Shown one piece after another: positions 47,661-58,353 of a DNA stretch of 64,000 nt (position 1 is its first letter; every line of letters starts with the position of its first letter). The DNA is from an uncultured Ignavibacteriota bacterium (GTDB lineage Bacteria > Bacteroidota > Ignavibacteria > UBA10030 > UBA8401). The position numbers and the translations under genes were made by a program. The stretch spans positions 78,060-142,059 of the forward strand of contig CAIOTF010000038.1 in the NCBI GenBank assembly GCA_903861125.1. The letters run 5' to 3'. The notes under the pieces were generated by a model, which was not told the DNA's origin, made no database searches, and worked only from the letters and a program-made list of their open reading frames with translations.

Positions 47661-49480
47661 CGCACCAGTTCCCTTTCTGCCGCTACGATGATGCTGCTTG
47701 CCATCTCGTACATTTTATTCTTTTCTTCCTGCGACGAACTGCCGGGAGCGAACCGTGCAAATTCACATGATTCAAGAAGCTCCTTTATTTTTTGCGTCAG
47801 AACGTCGGAGACTTTCTTCTCCTGCAATTTTTGCGTGACGTTATCAACAGAAAGTTCGGCACGATCGATCGCGAGTTTATCAGAAACATACTGCCACATG
47901 GCCGTGGAAACTTCTGCATAAAATTCTTCCGGTTTATTCGCGTTCAGCAGCATCTTCGCAATTGCCAATTTCTTCGCAGCAATCTTCAGCGCTTTACGTG
48001 AACGGAACGATACAACATCCGACATTTCCGACAATGCTTTTTGCCGGTGGAACAAAAGGCCGATGAATGCGGCAAACGGTATCAGCGTCATCATTATCAC
48101 AGCGACAGGATCGATCAATTCTTTATCTTTTTTGCGGAATGATCCTGCATCGGTCTTAATAAATCGAATATCCTGGTTGAGCAGCTTCACATCCTCTTTT
48201 GATAAGCCTGATGCATTTTGCGGAGCTTCAGCACTCCCTTTCTCTACCAACACGTTGAACTCATTCGTATGCAGTGCAACATATCTGCGCTGCCCTACAT
48301 CGAAATACGAAAATTCAAGCGCCGGAATTTTTTTATCACCGGGATACCGGGGAACAATGAGCCATTCGAATGTTTTTGTGCCGTTGATCGTCGAGCCGGT
48401 CCTTTCGATCTCTTCCTTTACCTTCGGATCGTACTGTTCAAAATCGGACGGTAATTTCAACTTCGGCGCTTCAAGAATTTTGACATTCCCTGTTCCCGAA
48501 ATCGTTGCTTTTAATGAGATTGGCTCGTTCGTTTTGGCATGACGTTTATTGAGCTCTGCTTTCAGCGTAAACTTTCCGACGGCTCCCTGGAACGATTCCG
48601 GCACAGGATTTTGCGGCAACGGAAGTGACGTGATCTTTACCGGTTCACTCTTCAGTGGAACATTCGCCGTCTGAGCACCGAAGAACGGGTCGTTGAAGAA
48701 CTGATCAAAAATATCATTTGAGCGGCGTTTCGTCTGCACCTGAACCTGACAGGTCAGTTCCATCGGATTGATTTCAAGATTTCCACTTTGCGTCGGGAAG
48801 AGTGCCATCTTCTTCAACACGCCAACCTGATATTGTTTCCCGTTGATTGTTTCGTTGGATAGACTCACCTGCTGCGGAAGCTGTAATTCTTCGCCCCAGA
48901 AACCGGTCATTGTCGGAAGTTTATTGATGGAATAATTGACGATCCGCGCCCTGGTATAGATCTTATACGTTACCGTGATCTGCTCGCCTTGGTAGACGCG
49001 TGAACGATCAACGACAGCCCGAAGGAAAACATTATCGCCGATATCTACCGGTTCCCCCTGTGGCGATTGGGCTTGCTGACGTTTTTGTCCGGACCCTTTT
49101 GTTACCGAAAGTTCTACCGGATTGGATTTGAACTGATTATTGCCGACCTCGATCGTTGCCGAACCGATTGTGAATTTTCCGGCTTCGCGCGGCTGCAAAA
49201 CATAGCTGAACGATTGCGACGAAGAGACCGAACCGTTAATAATCTGCATGCTTGTCGATTGGTTCGGTCCGGAAAGAACTAGAAATTTGCTCAGATCGGG
49301 AGTCTTAAAATTACGCGCATTGGCACCCGATGTTGTTACGGTAAACTCAAGTGTGAACTGATCATCGGCGGCGACCGGATTCTTGTCCACACCGGCAGTA
49401 AATGTTGCTTCCTGCGAGACAAGAAGAGCGGAGAATATCCACGTTGCAGCCAGAATGATATATAGTTTAATTTTTTTCAT
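47657..49480 (-). CDS. batD: BatD family protein
   Basis: SGPNQSTSMQIING, FFNDPFF, GAVGKF, GTGN and C-terminal TM with CEFARFAP. Start moved to MKKIK at 49480. Confidence 0.9.
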   Translation of the reverse strand: MKKIKLYIILAATWIFSALLVSQEATFTAGVDKNPVAADDQFTLEFTVTTSGANARNFKTPDLSKFLVLSGPNQSTSMQIINGSVSSSQSFSYVLQPREAGKFTIGSATIEVGNNQFKSNPVELSVTKGSGQKRQQAQSPQGEPVDIGDNVFLRAVVDRSRVYQGEQITVTYKIYTRARIVNYSINKLPTMTGFWGEELQLPQQVSLSNETINGKQYQVGVLKKMALFPTQSGNLEINPMELTCQVQVQTKRRSNDIFDQFFNDPFFGAQTANVPLKSEPVKITSLPLPQNPVPESFQGAVGKFTLKAELNKRHAKTNEPISLKATISGTGNVKILEAPKLKLPSDFEQYDPKVKEEIERTGSTINGTKTFEWLIVPRYPGDKKIPALEFSYFDVGQRRYVALHTNEFNVLVEKGSAEAPQNASGLSKEDVKLLNQDIRFIKTDAGSFRKKDKELIDPVAVIMMTLIPFAAFIGLLFHRQKALSEMSDVVSFRSRKALKIAAKKLAIAKMLLNANKPEEFYAEVSTAMWQYVSDKLAIDRAELSVDNVTQKLQEKKVSDVLTQKIKELLESCEFARFAPGSSSQEEKNKMYEMASSIIVAAERELVR

Positions 49481-49493
49481 TTGATTGAAAGCA

Positions 49494-50186
49494 CTACCAA
49501 TCTTTTTCAACATTTATTCGCACGGGAACTTTTTTACGGACTTTTTTCTGCGTGTTCTTTTCGTCGTTCTTCAACGCCTCAAGGATTCGTTCCGCTTCTT
49601 TCTTGGAAAGTTCCTTCTGCTGCTGAGCCATTTGCTGCTGTTCCTGCTTCTGCTGATCCTGTTTTTGCTGTTGCTGCTGCTGTTGTTGATCCTGTTTTTG
49701 CTGATCCTTCTTGTCCTGCTTTTTATTCTTGTCGTTCTTCTGTTGCTGCTGTTGCTGCTGCTGTTGGGCTTTCAGCATGCGGGCGGCATAGGATAGATTA
49801 TATTTTGCATCTTCATCGTTCGGATTGAGTTTCAATGCGCGCTTATAGGAATTGATGCTTTCCTGATACTGCTTCCCACCGAAATACGCATTGCCGATAT
49901 TGTAATGAATCTTTGATTGTGTTTCCTTATCCGTAGTCTTACTCAATGCCTGAGAATAATTCTGGATCGCTTCCTCGTACCGCTGTTGTTTATGCACAGC
50001 ATTTCCGAGATTGTACGTTCCTTCCATCAGATCTTTTTCTTTTTCGAGCGACTTTTTGTATTCCGCTTCGGCGTCGGAAAACTGCTTCTTTTCATAGAGT
50101 TCATTTCCATTGTTCACGAGAGAACGTATTGACTGAGCATTCAACAGGGAACAGAGCATTACCAAAATGAAGGCTATGTATTTCAT
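49494..50186 (-). CDS. batC: BatC-like TPR protein with Gln-rich tail
   Basis: TPRs, NPNDEDAKYNL, poly-Q linker and terminal EKDW. Confidence 0.9.
   Translation of the reverse strand: MKYIAFILVMLCSLLNAQSIRSLVNNGNELYEKKQFSDAEAEYKKSLEKEKDLMEGTYNLGNAVHKQQRYEEAIQNYSQALSKTTDKETQSKIHYNIGNAYFGGKQYQESINSYKRALKLNPNDEDAKYNLSYAARMLKAQQQQQQQQQKNDKNKKQDKKDQQKQDQQQQQQQQKQDQQKQEQQQMAQQQKELSKKEAERILEALKNDEKNTQKKVRKKVPVRINVEKDW
49615..49765. repeat. CAG/CAA-rich low-complexity tract encoding the BatC poly-Q/K linker
   Basis: Runs of ctgctg/ctgttg on the plus strand. Confidence 0.8.
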
Positions 50187-51241
50187 TTCACCCTCCTCAT
50201 ATGCAGTATGCCTCTGAAAGGATTATACTGAGCGAGCCATTCTGTTTTTTTATCTGAGAGTATCACTTCAATCAACAGCAGCACGAATGCGGTAAAAAGA
50301 AAATACTGAAACTTGTCATCGAATTCAGTGAATTGTTTTGCGCCGAACTCGCGTTTTTCAAGGGTATTGATATCTTTATAGATCGCATCAAGTTCATCCT
50401 GCGAATTCGTTGCACGGTAATAATTTCCTTTACCGATGGAGGCGATTTCCTGGAGGGAAACCTCATCCAATTTAGTCAGCACAACATTTCCCGACCGGTC
50501 CCGTTTGAAATCAACCTGCTGTCCTGTTCCGTTATAGATCGGGATTGGTGCACCTGACGAAGAACCGAGTCCTATAGTATAGATGCGAACGCCCTTCTCA
50601 GCAGCCGCTTTTGCCTGTTCAATCGCATCACCGGAGTTATTTTCTCCGTCGGTCATGATTACCAGCACTTTGGTCGATGCTTCCTCGAAGTTGAACGATT
50701 TCATCGATTGAGTAATAGCAGAACCGATTGCCGTACCTGGATTCGGAACGGATTCGACATCAATCACATCAAGCAGCAGGCCGGCAGCAGCATAATCCAC
50801 AGTTAGCGGAAATTGAGTATATGCTTCACCGGAAAAAACGATGACGCCAATCTTGTCGCCTGCCAACCGGTCAATGAGGTTGCTGATCTCGTATTTTGCT
50901 TTTTCCAATCTATTCGGTTTGATATCTTCTGCGAGCATCGATTTTGAAACATCGAGCGCGATGAACATATCAACCCCTTCCTGCTTCACCTCTTCCATTC
51001 TCGTACCGACCTGCGGATTGGATAGTGCAACCACAAGCATTGCGTAGGCCAACATTACAAGAGTTGCTTTCACAACACCTTTACGACTGCTGTGCTGTTC
51101 TGAAAGACGGACGAACAACGCCGACGACGAGAACATATTCTTCGCCTTGCCGCTTTGCATCCGTACATACACAAACAGTGCAAACATCAAAGGGATTGCA
51201 AATAAGAGATATAAATATTCCGGGTGTGCAAATCTGAACAT
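50183..51241 (-). CDS. batB: BatB VWA-domain protein
   Basis: MFRFAHP, MIDAS motif DVSKSM, PLTVD and TDGE. Confidence 0.9.
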   Translation of the reverse strand: MFRFAHPEYLYLLFAIPLMFALFVYVRMQSGKAKNMFSSSALFVRLSEQHSSRKGVVKATLVMLAYAMLVVALSNPQVGTRMEEVKQEGVDMFIALDVSKSMLAEDIKPNRLEKAKYEISNLIDRLAGDKIGVIVFSGEAYTQFPLTVDYAAAGLLLDVIDVESVPNPGTAIGSAITQSMKSFNFEEASTKVLVIMTDGENNSGDAIEQAKAAAEKGVRIYTIGLGSSSGAPIPIYNGTGQQVDFKRDRSGNVVLTKLDEVSLQEIASIGKGNYYRATNSQDELDAIYKDINTLEKREFGAKQFTEFDDKFQYFLFTAFVLLLIEVILSDKKTEWLAQYNPFRGILHMRRVK

Positions 51242-51242
51242 A

Positions 51243-52235
51243 TTACGGTATTTTCCTCAGCCAAGTATTTGATATGCCAACATCGCCAATCAGCAGAAAC
51301 ACTGCCGCAAGAATGAACGAATAGAACAATTCTGTATACCGGCGATACGACCGGACTTCGACACGGGTTTTTTCCAGTTTATCGATCTCCTGATAGATGG
51401 ATCGTAATTTTTTATTATCCGTTGCGCGGAAATATTTCCCGTCGGTCATTTCCGCCATTTTGTTCAACACTTTTTCGTCGATCTCCACCGGCACCATTTG
51501 GTAGCGGATGCCGAACGGCGTCTGGACCGGATACGGCGCCTCGCCCATCGTTCCCACGCCGACGGTATAAACTCTGATGTCGTATGATTGCGCGATCTGC
51601 GCCGCAGAGATCGGATCTATCTCTCCGCGGTTGTTCACGCCGTCGGTAAGAAGAATGATGACCTTGCTTTTTGCCTTGCTTTCGCGCAGGCGATTCACAG
51701 CATTAGCAAGCCCGAGACCGATAGCCGTTCCATCTTCGATCATTCCGCTCTTCAGCGGTTTGATAAGCGTTTTCAGCACTTCATAATCAACGGTCAGCGG
51801 ACATTGCGTAAAACTTTCGCCGGAAAAGATCACAAGACCGATCCTGTCATTGGTGCGTCCGCCAATGAAATCCTGTGCCACGTTCTTTGCAGCTTCGATC
51901 CTATTCGGTTGAAAATCTTCCGCAAGCATACTACCGGAAATATCGAGTGCGAGAACAATATCGATCCCTTCCGAATATACATTCTGTCCTTTTGAAGACG
52001 ATTGCGGCCGCGCCAATGCAATGATGACAAGAGCGAGAGCAATCATACGCAGAATGAACGGCACGTGACGAAGTCGTTCCTTCGCACTGTATTTTACCAT
52101 TGCAAACGGCTGCAGCGTTGAAAAACGTACGTCACTCTCTTTCGCCTGCAGACGGTAATAATACCAGACCACAAGCCCGGGTATCACGAGCAGCAGCAAT
52201 AACAATTCAGGATTTGCGAATGTAATATCAATCAT
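51243..52235 (-). CDS. batA: BatA VWA-domain protein
   Basis: FANP, ALARPQ, MIDAS motif DISGSM, GTAIG and LLTDGVNN. Confidence 0.92.
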   Translation of the reverse strand: MIDITFANPELLLLLLVIPGLVVWYYYRLQAKESDVRFSTLQPFAMVKYSAKERLRHVPFILRMIALALVIIALARPQSSSKGQNVYSEGIDIVLALDISGSMLAEDFQPNRIEAAKNVAQDFIGGRTNDRIGLVIFSGESFTQCPLTVDYEVLKTLIKPLKSGMIEDGTAIGLGLANAVNRLRESKAKSKVIILLTDGVNNRGEIDPISAAQIAQSYDIRVYTVGVGTMGEAPYPVQTPFGIRYQMVPVEIDEKVLNKMAEMTDGKYFRATDNKKLRSIYQEIDKLEKTRVEVRSYRRYTELFYSFILAAVFLLIGDVGISNTWLRKIP

Positions 52236-52250
52236 TTTTCTAATTTCACA

Positions 52251-53225
52251 CTAAGACTGCACAGGAACATTTTTCGATTCTGCATTTTCATGGTCATTCA
52301 GTTTCCCGGAAACTTCAATTGCCGGTTTCGTCTCTTCGACTATCGTTCGCGCTTGCGTGATCACAAGTTCGTTCTCCGCAGCCACTGGTTGATGCTTTGC
52401 AAACTTCACAAGATCGGAACCAGTGAGTAACGATTCTATTGAACGGAACGTGTTCTTCTCCATCCTGAAATGTTCCAACTGAGTCATCACTTCGCCTGTC
52501 GTCATTTCGAGCGCCATGATACCGTAGCGCAGTTCAAAATAGCGGCGCACGATCTCTGTTGCCTCGGAGTAATATGCTTTGATCTCGCCCGCCTGCCAAA
52601 GCCGCTTTGCCTTCAATTCCTCCAACTGCATCAGTGCAAGCACATGCGGAGGTATATTTGGTTTTTTTTCGATCTCAGTGCCGCCGGCACTTCGTTTCCT
52701 CTTCTTGATATAATAATAAATGCCGTATCCAATTCCGGCAAGGCCTATCACAATGCCGGCATACATGGCGATTTCTTCGGCGGACATTGGAACCGTGAGC
52801 TGAGGTTTTACATCTTTGATCGCCTGCGATGTGTCAACCTCTACACCGCGTATCTCAACGGGGATCGGATTTGAGAGAGCAGAATCGGCCTTCCCGTCCG
52901 CACGGATAAAATGGACGACGAATGGCTGTATATAAAAATTTCCTGCGTCGTATTTTGAGAGGACGATATTTTTCTTGATGTCAATCTCACCATTCAGTTC
53001 CGTTGTGAGTAGTGTATCTTGACGAACGATCTCGAACGATCCGATCGAATCTTTCAGTACCGGAAATGTGACCGTTATGGATGAAGGATGCTTCACTTCC
53101 ACGCTGTACCGTATCCAATCGCCGATGGCAACAGACTGCGAATCGACCGTTGCAGTGACGGCAACGTCCTGCGAAAAAGCCAGTCCGGTAACACATATTA
53201 CGATTGAAAATATTCTCTTTACCAT
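52251..53225 (-). CDS. bat-operon exported/TM protein (DUF4381-like)
   Basis: Signal peptide, Ig-like N-domain, IKDVK, TM, ALEMTTGE and DLVKFAK; usual position between DUF58 and batA. Confidence 0.8.
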   Translation of the reverse strand: MVKRIFSIVICVTGLAFSQDVAVTATVDSQSVAIGDWIRYSVEVKHPSSITVTFPVLKDSIGSFEIVRQDTLLTTELNGEIDIKKNIVLSKYDAGNFYIQPFVVHFIRADGKADSALSNPIPVEIRGVEVDTSQAIKDVKPQLTVPMSAEEIAMYAGIVIGLAGIGYGIYYYIKKRKRSAGGTEIEKKPNIPPHVLALMQLEELKAKRLWQAGEIKAYYSEATEIVRRYFELRYGIMALEMTTGEVMTQLEHFRMEKNTFRSIESLLTGSDLVKFAKHQPVAAENELVITQARTIVEETKPAIEVSGKLNDHENAESKNVPVQS

Positions 53226-53254
53226 AGTTTCGCTTACGTTACTCTTTCATGCAG

Positions 53255-54130
53255 CTATACTCTTGCTTCTCTCATCTTAAAGAAGTCTACCAGCGGACGC
53301 AGATACGGTTTATGCGTTTCGATGTTGATGCGGTCAACTTTTGTGGACAAGAACGATTTCTTCATTCGTTCGTCGTGCAGTTTCCAAAATTGTTTGAACG
53401 ATTGCTGTATATTGCTGTCGCTTGTATCAATCCAGCGTTCCTGCCCTGATTCGGCATCCTTCATTTTGATAAGACCTATTTTCGGCAATTCGCGTTCACG
53501 CGGATCGTTCATCGTCACTGCAATCACATCGTGGCGTTTGCTGACAATACGAAGCGCATTATCATAATCCTTGTCGATAAAATCGGAGAGCACAAAACTA
53601 ATCGAACGTTTTTTGATGACGTTGTTCAGATACTTCAGTGCATCACTTACATTTGTACCGGTCCCCTTCGGCTGGAATGAGAGCAGTTCGCGAACAATGC
53701 GGAGTATGTGCGATTTCCCTTTGTTCGGCGCGATGAACTTTTCAACCTGATCGGAGAACATGATCAAACCGACTTTATCGTTGTTCCGGATCGCGGAAAA
53801 CGCAAGCACGGCACAGATCTCCGTAGCAATTTCATTTTTCATCGCCTGGAACGAACCGAACTGTCCTGATCGGCTCACATCAACAACAAGCATCACCGTC
53901 AGTTCCCGTTCTTCCTCAAATATTTTAACGAACGGCTTGTTATTCCTGGCTGTAACATTCCAGTCGATCTTGCGGATGTCGTCGCCGTAGGAATATTCGC
54001 GCACTTCGGAGAATTCCATTCCCCGGCCTTTGAAGACGGAGTGGTACTCTCCGGAAAAGACCTGGTTCACCATCCCCCTGGTCTTGATCTCCACTTGCCG
54101 TACTTTTTTAAGTAATTCTGCGGTTGTCAT
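53255..54130 (-). CDS. DUF58 domain protein
   Basis: FKGRGMEFSEVREY..GDDIRKIDWNVTAR and DVSRS. Confidence 0.93.
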   Translation of the reverse strand: MTTAELLKKVRQVEIKTRGMVNQVFSGEYHSVFKGRGMEFSEVREYSYGDDIRKIDWNVTARNNKPFVKIFEEERELTVMLVVDVSRSGQFGSFQAMKNEIATEICAVLAFSAIRNNDKVGLIMFSDQVEKFIAPNKGKSHILRIVRELLSFQPKGTGTNVSDALKYLNNVIKKRSISFVLSDFIDKDYDNALRIVSKRHDVIAVTMNDPRERELPKIGLIKMKDAESGQERWIDTSDSNIQQSFKQFWKLHDERMKKSFLSTKVDRINIETHKPYLRPLVDFFKMREARV

Positions 54131-54198
54131 TTGAGTAGTTGAAAATGCTTTATTGAAAACTCATGTACTCAACAAATTTTCTGACGCATATTAACGTT

Positions 54199-55188
54199 CT
54201 ACGGTACTTCCACTTTGTTCAAAATTTCCTGCACGATAGTTTCGGAGGTCACTTCTTCCGCTTCCGCTTCGTAGGTAACACCGATACGGTGACGCATTAC
54301 GTCCATTGCTACTGCGCGCACATCTTCCGGAATCACATATCCGCGCCGTTTGATAAATGCATATGCTTTCGATGCAAGGGCCATTGATATTGTTGCACGT
54401 GGTGACGCACCGTAATTGATAAGATTTGCGAGATTTGGAAGCTGTGCATCCTTCGGATTACGCGTTGCGAACACGATATCCAGAATGTAGCGTTCGATCT
54501 TTTCATCCATGTAGATCTCCTGCATCGAAGCACGCGCTTTCAGGATCTCCTTTGTGGAAACGACCGGCTTCACTTCAGCGTATTTTCCCGAAACATTCTG
54601 ACGCATAATCCCAAGTTCTTCCTCTTTGCTTGGATACGTGATCTTTACTTTCAGCATAAAGCGGTCAACCTGGGCTTCAGGCAGCGGATATGTTCCTTCC
54701 TGTTCGATCGGATTCTGCGTTGCAAGAACAAGGAACGGCTCATCCAGTTTGAATGTCTCCTCACCGATTGTTACCTGACGCTCCTGCATCGATTCAAGGA
54801 GCGCACTCTGCACTTTTGCGGGTGAACGGTTGATCTCGTCCGCTAAAATAAAATTGGAAAAGATCGGTCCTTTTTTCGTCTGAAATTTCCCGTCTTTCTG
54901 ATTATAGATGAGCGTTCCGACTAGATCGGCGGGAAGCAGATCGGGTGTAAACTGAATCCGCTGGAATTTTGCGTCGATCGCGGATGCCAGCGTTTTAATC
55001 GCCAGTGTTTTCGCAAGTCCCGGCACACCTTCCAGTAAAATATGGCCGTTTGCCAGTAAACCGATGAGCAGACGCTCAACCATATGTTTTTGGCCGACAA
55101 TGACCTTGTTTATTTCAAGCGTTAAAAGATCGACAAAGGCGCTTTCCTTCTGGATCTTTTCGTTAATCGCTTTGATGTCGTAGTTCAT
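54199..55188 (-). CDS. moxR: MoxR family AAA+ ATPase
   Basis: EGVPGLAKT, RIQFTPDLLPAD, DEINR and ATQNPIEQEGTYPLPEAQVDRF. Confidence 0.95.
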   Translation of the reverse strand: MNYDIKAINEKIQKESAFVDLLTLEINKVIVGQKHMVERLLIGLLANGHILLEGVPGLAKTLAIKTLASAIDAKFQRIQFTPDLLPADLVGTLIYNQKDGKFQTKKGPIFSNFILADEINRSPAKVQSALLESMQERQVTIGEETFKLDEPFLVLATQNPIEQEGTYPLPEAQVDRFMLKVKITYPSKEEELGIMRQNVSGKYAEVKPVVSTKEILKARASMQEIYMDEKIERYILDIVFATRNPKDAQLPNLANLINYGASPRATISMALASKAYAFIKRRGYVIPEDVRAVAMDVMRHRIGVTYEAEAEEVTSETIVQEILNKVEVP

Positions 55189-55289
55189 TATTCCTCCGAA
55201 TTTAAAATCAAGATGTCAGACACCAAGCACAATGAGTTCCACAACCGAGGTGGCTGACATATTAGTTTTTGCACTGCGTGAACGACAGA

Positions 55290-55318
55290 TTAGACGGACA
55301 TAAAATAAAAAATGTTCC
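55290..55318 (-). promoter_or_regulatory. Putative ECF (RpoE-like) promoter of the moxR-bat operon
   Basis: Minus strand GGAAC-N17-CGTCTAA. Confidence 0.6.
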
Positions 55319-55415
55319 GGTGAAAAAGAAGAAAGATTAGTGTATTTTTTCTGCAATCTTTTGTATTATATGGCTACCATAAAAGAATAAAGACACTTAG
55401 AAAGGAATATTTTCG

Positions 55416-55799
55416 ATGAAATACGCTCTCCCGCTCGTAGCTGCATTGTTATTGATGGTCGGATGTTCGGAAAAGAAAGCCGATACCGAAAAATTAAGCC
55501 ATGCCAATGCGCTGGTAAACACCGGAAATTTTGAGGAAGGGATCAAAGCCCTGGACGAGATCGCAACCGTCAGTCCAAACGATCCTGCATTGAAACAGTC
55601 ACTGGTATCCGCTCACTTGAAGTTTGGTCATTTTTACTTAATGAATGATACACTTTCTCCAAAATTGAAGTATCCGAACGCGTTGAAACATTACCGCGCA
55701 GTATTGAAACTGGATCCGAATAATCAGGATGCTAAAGACAATGCACAGCAGATCGTTGATATTTATAAAATGATGGGACGCGAAGTTCCGAACGTGTAA
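55416..55799 (+). CDS. Small TPR lipoprotein
   Basis: Lipobox LMVGC, TPR-like helices and AAAGGA Shine-Dalgarno. Confidence 0.8.
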   Translation: MKYALPLVAALLLMVGCSEKKADTEKLSHANALVNTGNFEEGIKALDEIATVSPNDPALKQSLVSAHLKFGHFYLMNDTLSPKLKYPNALKHYRAVLKLDPNNQDAKDNAQQIVDIYKMMGREVPNV

Positions 55800-55816
55800 T
55801 AATTAGGATTCGTAAC

Positions 55817-55848
55817 AAAAAAAACCGGGTGATGAACCCGGTTTTTTT
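55817..55848. terminator. Bidirectional intrinsic terminator between the lipoprotein gene and hypE
   Basis: aaaaaaaaccgggt-gatga-acccggttttttt. Confidence 0.92.
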
Positions 55849-55875
55849 ATTTGTACTAATATTTTGAAAAGGTTA

Positions 55876-56931
55876 TCAACATATTCTCGGAAGTTGCTCC
55901 CCGGAGATCATATCGACCACACGTTCACCGCCGATCGCAGTTTGCAGAACAACTACTGAAGGATGATCGTCCGTCACTACGCCGATAATTGCTGACTCTG
56001 TTCCTGCAGGATGTTTCTTCATAGCAGACAGAACCTTTGCTGCGTCTGATGATGAAACGATTGCGATCAATTTCCCTTCGTTAGCAACATAGAGCGGATC
56101 AAAACCGAGTATCTCACAAGCAGAACGGACGTTCTCGTTAGCAGGAATTGACTTCTCGAATAGCCGTATTCCCTTGTGTGCGGATGCTGCTATCTCATTC
56201 ATCGTGCTGGCAACACCGCCGCGCGTGGGGTCGCGAAGGAAATGTATGTCCGGTGAAACTCGGTACATCTCTTCCACCAATCCGTTAAGAGCGCAGGTAT
56301 CCGACCGTATCTCCGATTCAAATTCAAGTCCTTCGCGGACGGACATAACTGCCATTCCGTGATCACCAATTGTGCCGCTGATGATGATCGTATCACCCGC
56401 TTTGATCCTTGAAGGATGAATGAGCCTACCTTCCGGTATCATGCCAACACCGGATGTGGTAATAAATACTTTGTCTGCCTTACCGCGCGGAACAACTTTT
56501 GTATCACCGGTAACGATCGATACTCCCGCTTTTTTTGCCGATAATGCCATCGATGCAACAATGGTTTCCAATTCGGCCATGGATAATCCCTCTTCGATAA
56601 TAAAGGAAGCGGAAAGATATTTTGGCCGAGCTCCGCACATAGCAATATCGTTCACTGTACCGTTCACGGCAAGTTCTCCGATATTTCCGCCGGGAAATAT
56701 TATCGGACTGACCACATATGAATCTGTTGACATTGCAATTCTTCCGGCATCAACCGAGACCATTGCTCCATCATGCATCAGATCAAGATCGGGATTGGAA
56801 AAATGCTTTTTGAAGACCCGCTCGATAAGCTGGTGTGTTAATTTTCCGCCACCGCCGTGAGCAAGAACGATGGTCGGATAATCGTTCATTGGAACCGGAC
56901 AGTTGAGGCCTTGCGAGATATCATTTGTCAT
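55876..56931 (-). CDS. hypE: Hydrogenase maturation carbamoyl dehydratase HypE
   Basis: AHGGGG, NGTVND, GDTKV, RDPTRGG and terminal PRIC. Confidence 0.97.
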   Translation of the reverse strand: MTNDISQGLNCPVPMNDYPTIVLAHGGGGKLTHQLIERVFKKHFSNPDLDLMHDGAMVSVDAGRIAMSTDSYVVSPIIFPGGNIGELAVNGTVNDIAMCGARPKYLSASFIIEEGLSMAELETIVASMALSAKKAGVSIVTGDTKVVPRGKADKVFITTSGVGMIPEGRLIHPSRIKAGDTIIISGTIGDHGMAVMSVREGLEFESEIRSDTCALNGLVEEMYRVSPDIHFLRDPTRGGVASTMNEIAASAHKGIRLFEKSIPANENVRSACEILGFDPLYVANEGKLIAIVSSSDAAKVLSAMKKHPAGTESAIIGVVTDDHPSVVVLQTAIGGERVVDMISGEQLPRIC

Positions 56932-56947
56932 AAAATCCAGTCATTAC

Positions 56948-58075
56948 TTAATGTTTTTTGTTCACCATTCCAGAACCGGAAGACGCAACATTCTGTCGTT
57001 TATAATTATAATATGCTGCACACGCACCTTCCGATGAGACCATCGGTGCGCCGAGCGGAGATTCGGGAGTGCATTGATTTCCAAAAGCCGAACATTCGAA
57101 CGGTTTGTTAAGTCCCCGCAGAATATTCCCGGCGATGCAAAGCGGCGATTCTTCGACAGAAACAATTCCGAGAGAAAATTTCTCTTCGGCATCGAAATGT
57201 ATAAATTCTTTTTTCAACGAATATCCGCTTTTCGGTATTTCGCCTATCCCGCGCCATTTTCTGTGCGATATTTCGAAAACGTTGAATATCATTTGCTGTG
57301 CAGGAATGTTCCCCTCTTTTTTCACCATGCGCGAATATTGATTTTCAAGTTCACAGCGTCCTTCTTCAAGCTGCGTTACAAGCATCAGTATTCCGTGAAG
57401 AATATCGGTCGGTTCAAAACCTGTGACAACGATGGGAACGTTATATTTTTTTGCAAGAGGAATATATTCTTCATATCCCATTACCGTGCAGACATGTCCG
57501 GCCGCAAGAAAACCCTGCACACGATTTGTTGATGAAGAGAGCAACGCTTCCATAGCGGGTGGAACCAGAACATGTGAGCATAGGATGGAAAAATTCTTCA
57601 GATTTTTTTTGTGCGCTTGCCATACAGCCATAGCATTTGCCGGCGCCGTGGTTTCAAAACCGACGGCAAAAAAGACCACTTCTTTATCGGGATTTTTCTC
57701 GGCAATGGTCACTGCATCCAGTGGCGAATACACGATCCGCACGTCACCGCCGTTCGCTTTTACTGTAAGCAGGTCGGAGGTGGAACCCGGAACTCTCAGC
57801 ATATCGCCGAATGATGTAAAAATAACGTTCGGTTTCCGCGCAATAAGGATGGCTTTCTCGATCATTTCCAGCGGCGTTACACATACCGGGCAACCCGGAC
57901 CATGCACAATGGAAAGTGACGAAGGGAGCAAGTTCTCCAATCCCGATTTTACGATGGAGTGTGTTTGTCCGCCGCAAATTTCCATAATCGTCCAAGGTCG
58001 CGTTGTCACCTTATGAATATTTTCGGAAAGTGATTTAGCAAAAATGGGGTCCCGGAACTCGTCGAGATACTTCAT
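56948..58075 (-). CDS. hypD: Hydrogenase formation protein HypD
   Basis: [21 protein letters not shown] and [12 protein letters not shown]. Confidence 0.97.
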   Translation of the reverse strand: MKYLDEFRDPIFAKSLSENIHKVTTRPWTIMEICGGQTHSIVKSGLENLLPSSLSIVHGPGCPVCVTPLEMIEKAILIARKPNVIFTSFGDMLRVPGSTSDLLTVKANGGDVRIVYSPLDAVTIAEKNPDKEVVFFAVGFETTAPANAMAVWQAHKKNLKNFSILCSHVLVPPAMEALLSSSTNRVQGFLAAGHVCTVMGYEEYIPLAKKYNVPIVVTGFEPTDILHGILMLVTQLEEGRCELENQYSRMVKKEGNIPAQQMIFNVFEISHRKWRGIGEIPKSGYSLKKEFIHFDAEEKFSLGIVSVEESPLCIAGNILRGLNKPFECSAFGNQCTPESPLGAPMVSSEGACAAYYNYKRQNVASSGSGMVNKKH

Positions 58076-58329
58076 GCAGGATCCCCTTCTTTCAATTCAT
58101 CAAGAGCATCCCCCATCTGCTTGAATAATTCTATCGTCTCCAGTGCTTCTTTTTCGTCCACTTTTGTTAGGGCAACGCCAACGTGGACAAGAACATAATC
58201 GTGCAGTCCCGCTTCCGGAAGAAAATCAAGACAGACATTTTTAATAATCCCTCCAAAATTCACCTTGGCCATTTTGGGGTTAGAAGCTGCGTCGATGTAT
58301 TCTATTCTGCCGGGAATTGCGAGACACAT
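58072..58329 (-). CDS. hypC: Hydrogenase chaperone HypC
   Basis: MCLAIPG and YVLVHVG. Confidence 0.97.
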   Translation of the reverse strand: MCLAIPGRIEYIDAASNPKMAKVNFGGIIKNVCLDFLPEAGLHDYVLVHVGVALTKVDEKEALETIELFKQMGDALDELKEGDPA

Positions 58330-58353
58330 ATGATCCTCTTTTATCGGTGAACG

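Noticed and set aside
49615..49765. CAG/CAA tract as a contingency locus or CRISPR-like array
   Set aside because: Imperfect in-frame trinucleotides encoding the usual BatC Gln-rich linker; no repeat-spacer structure.
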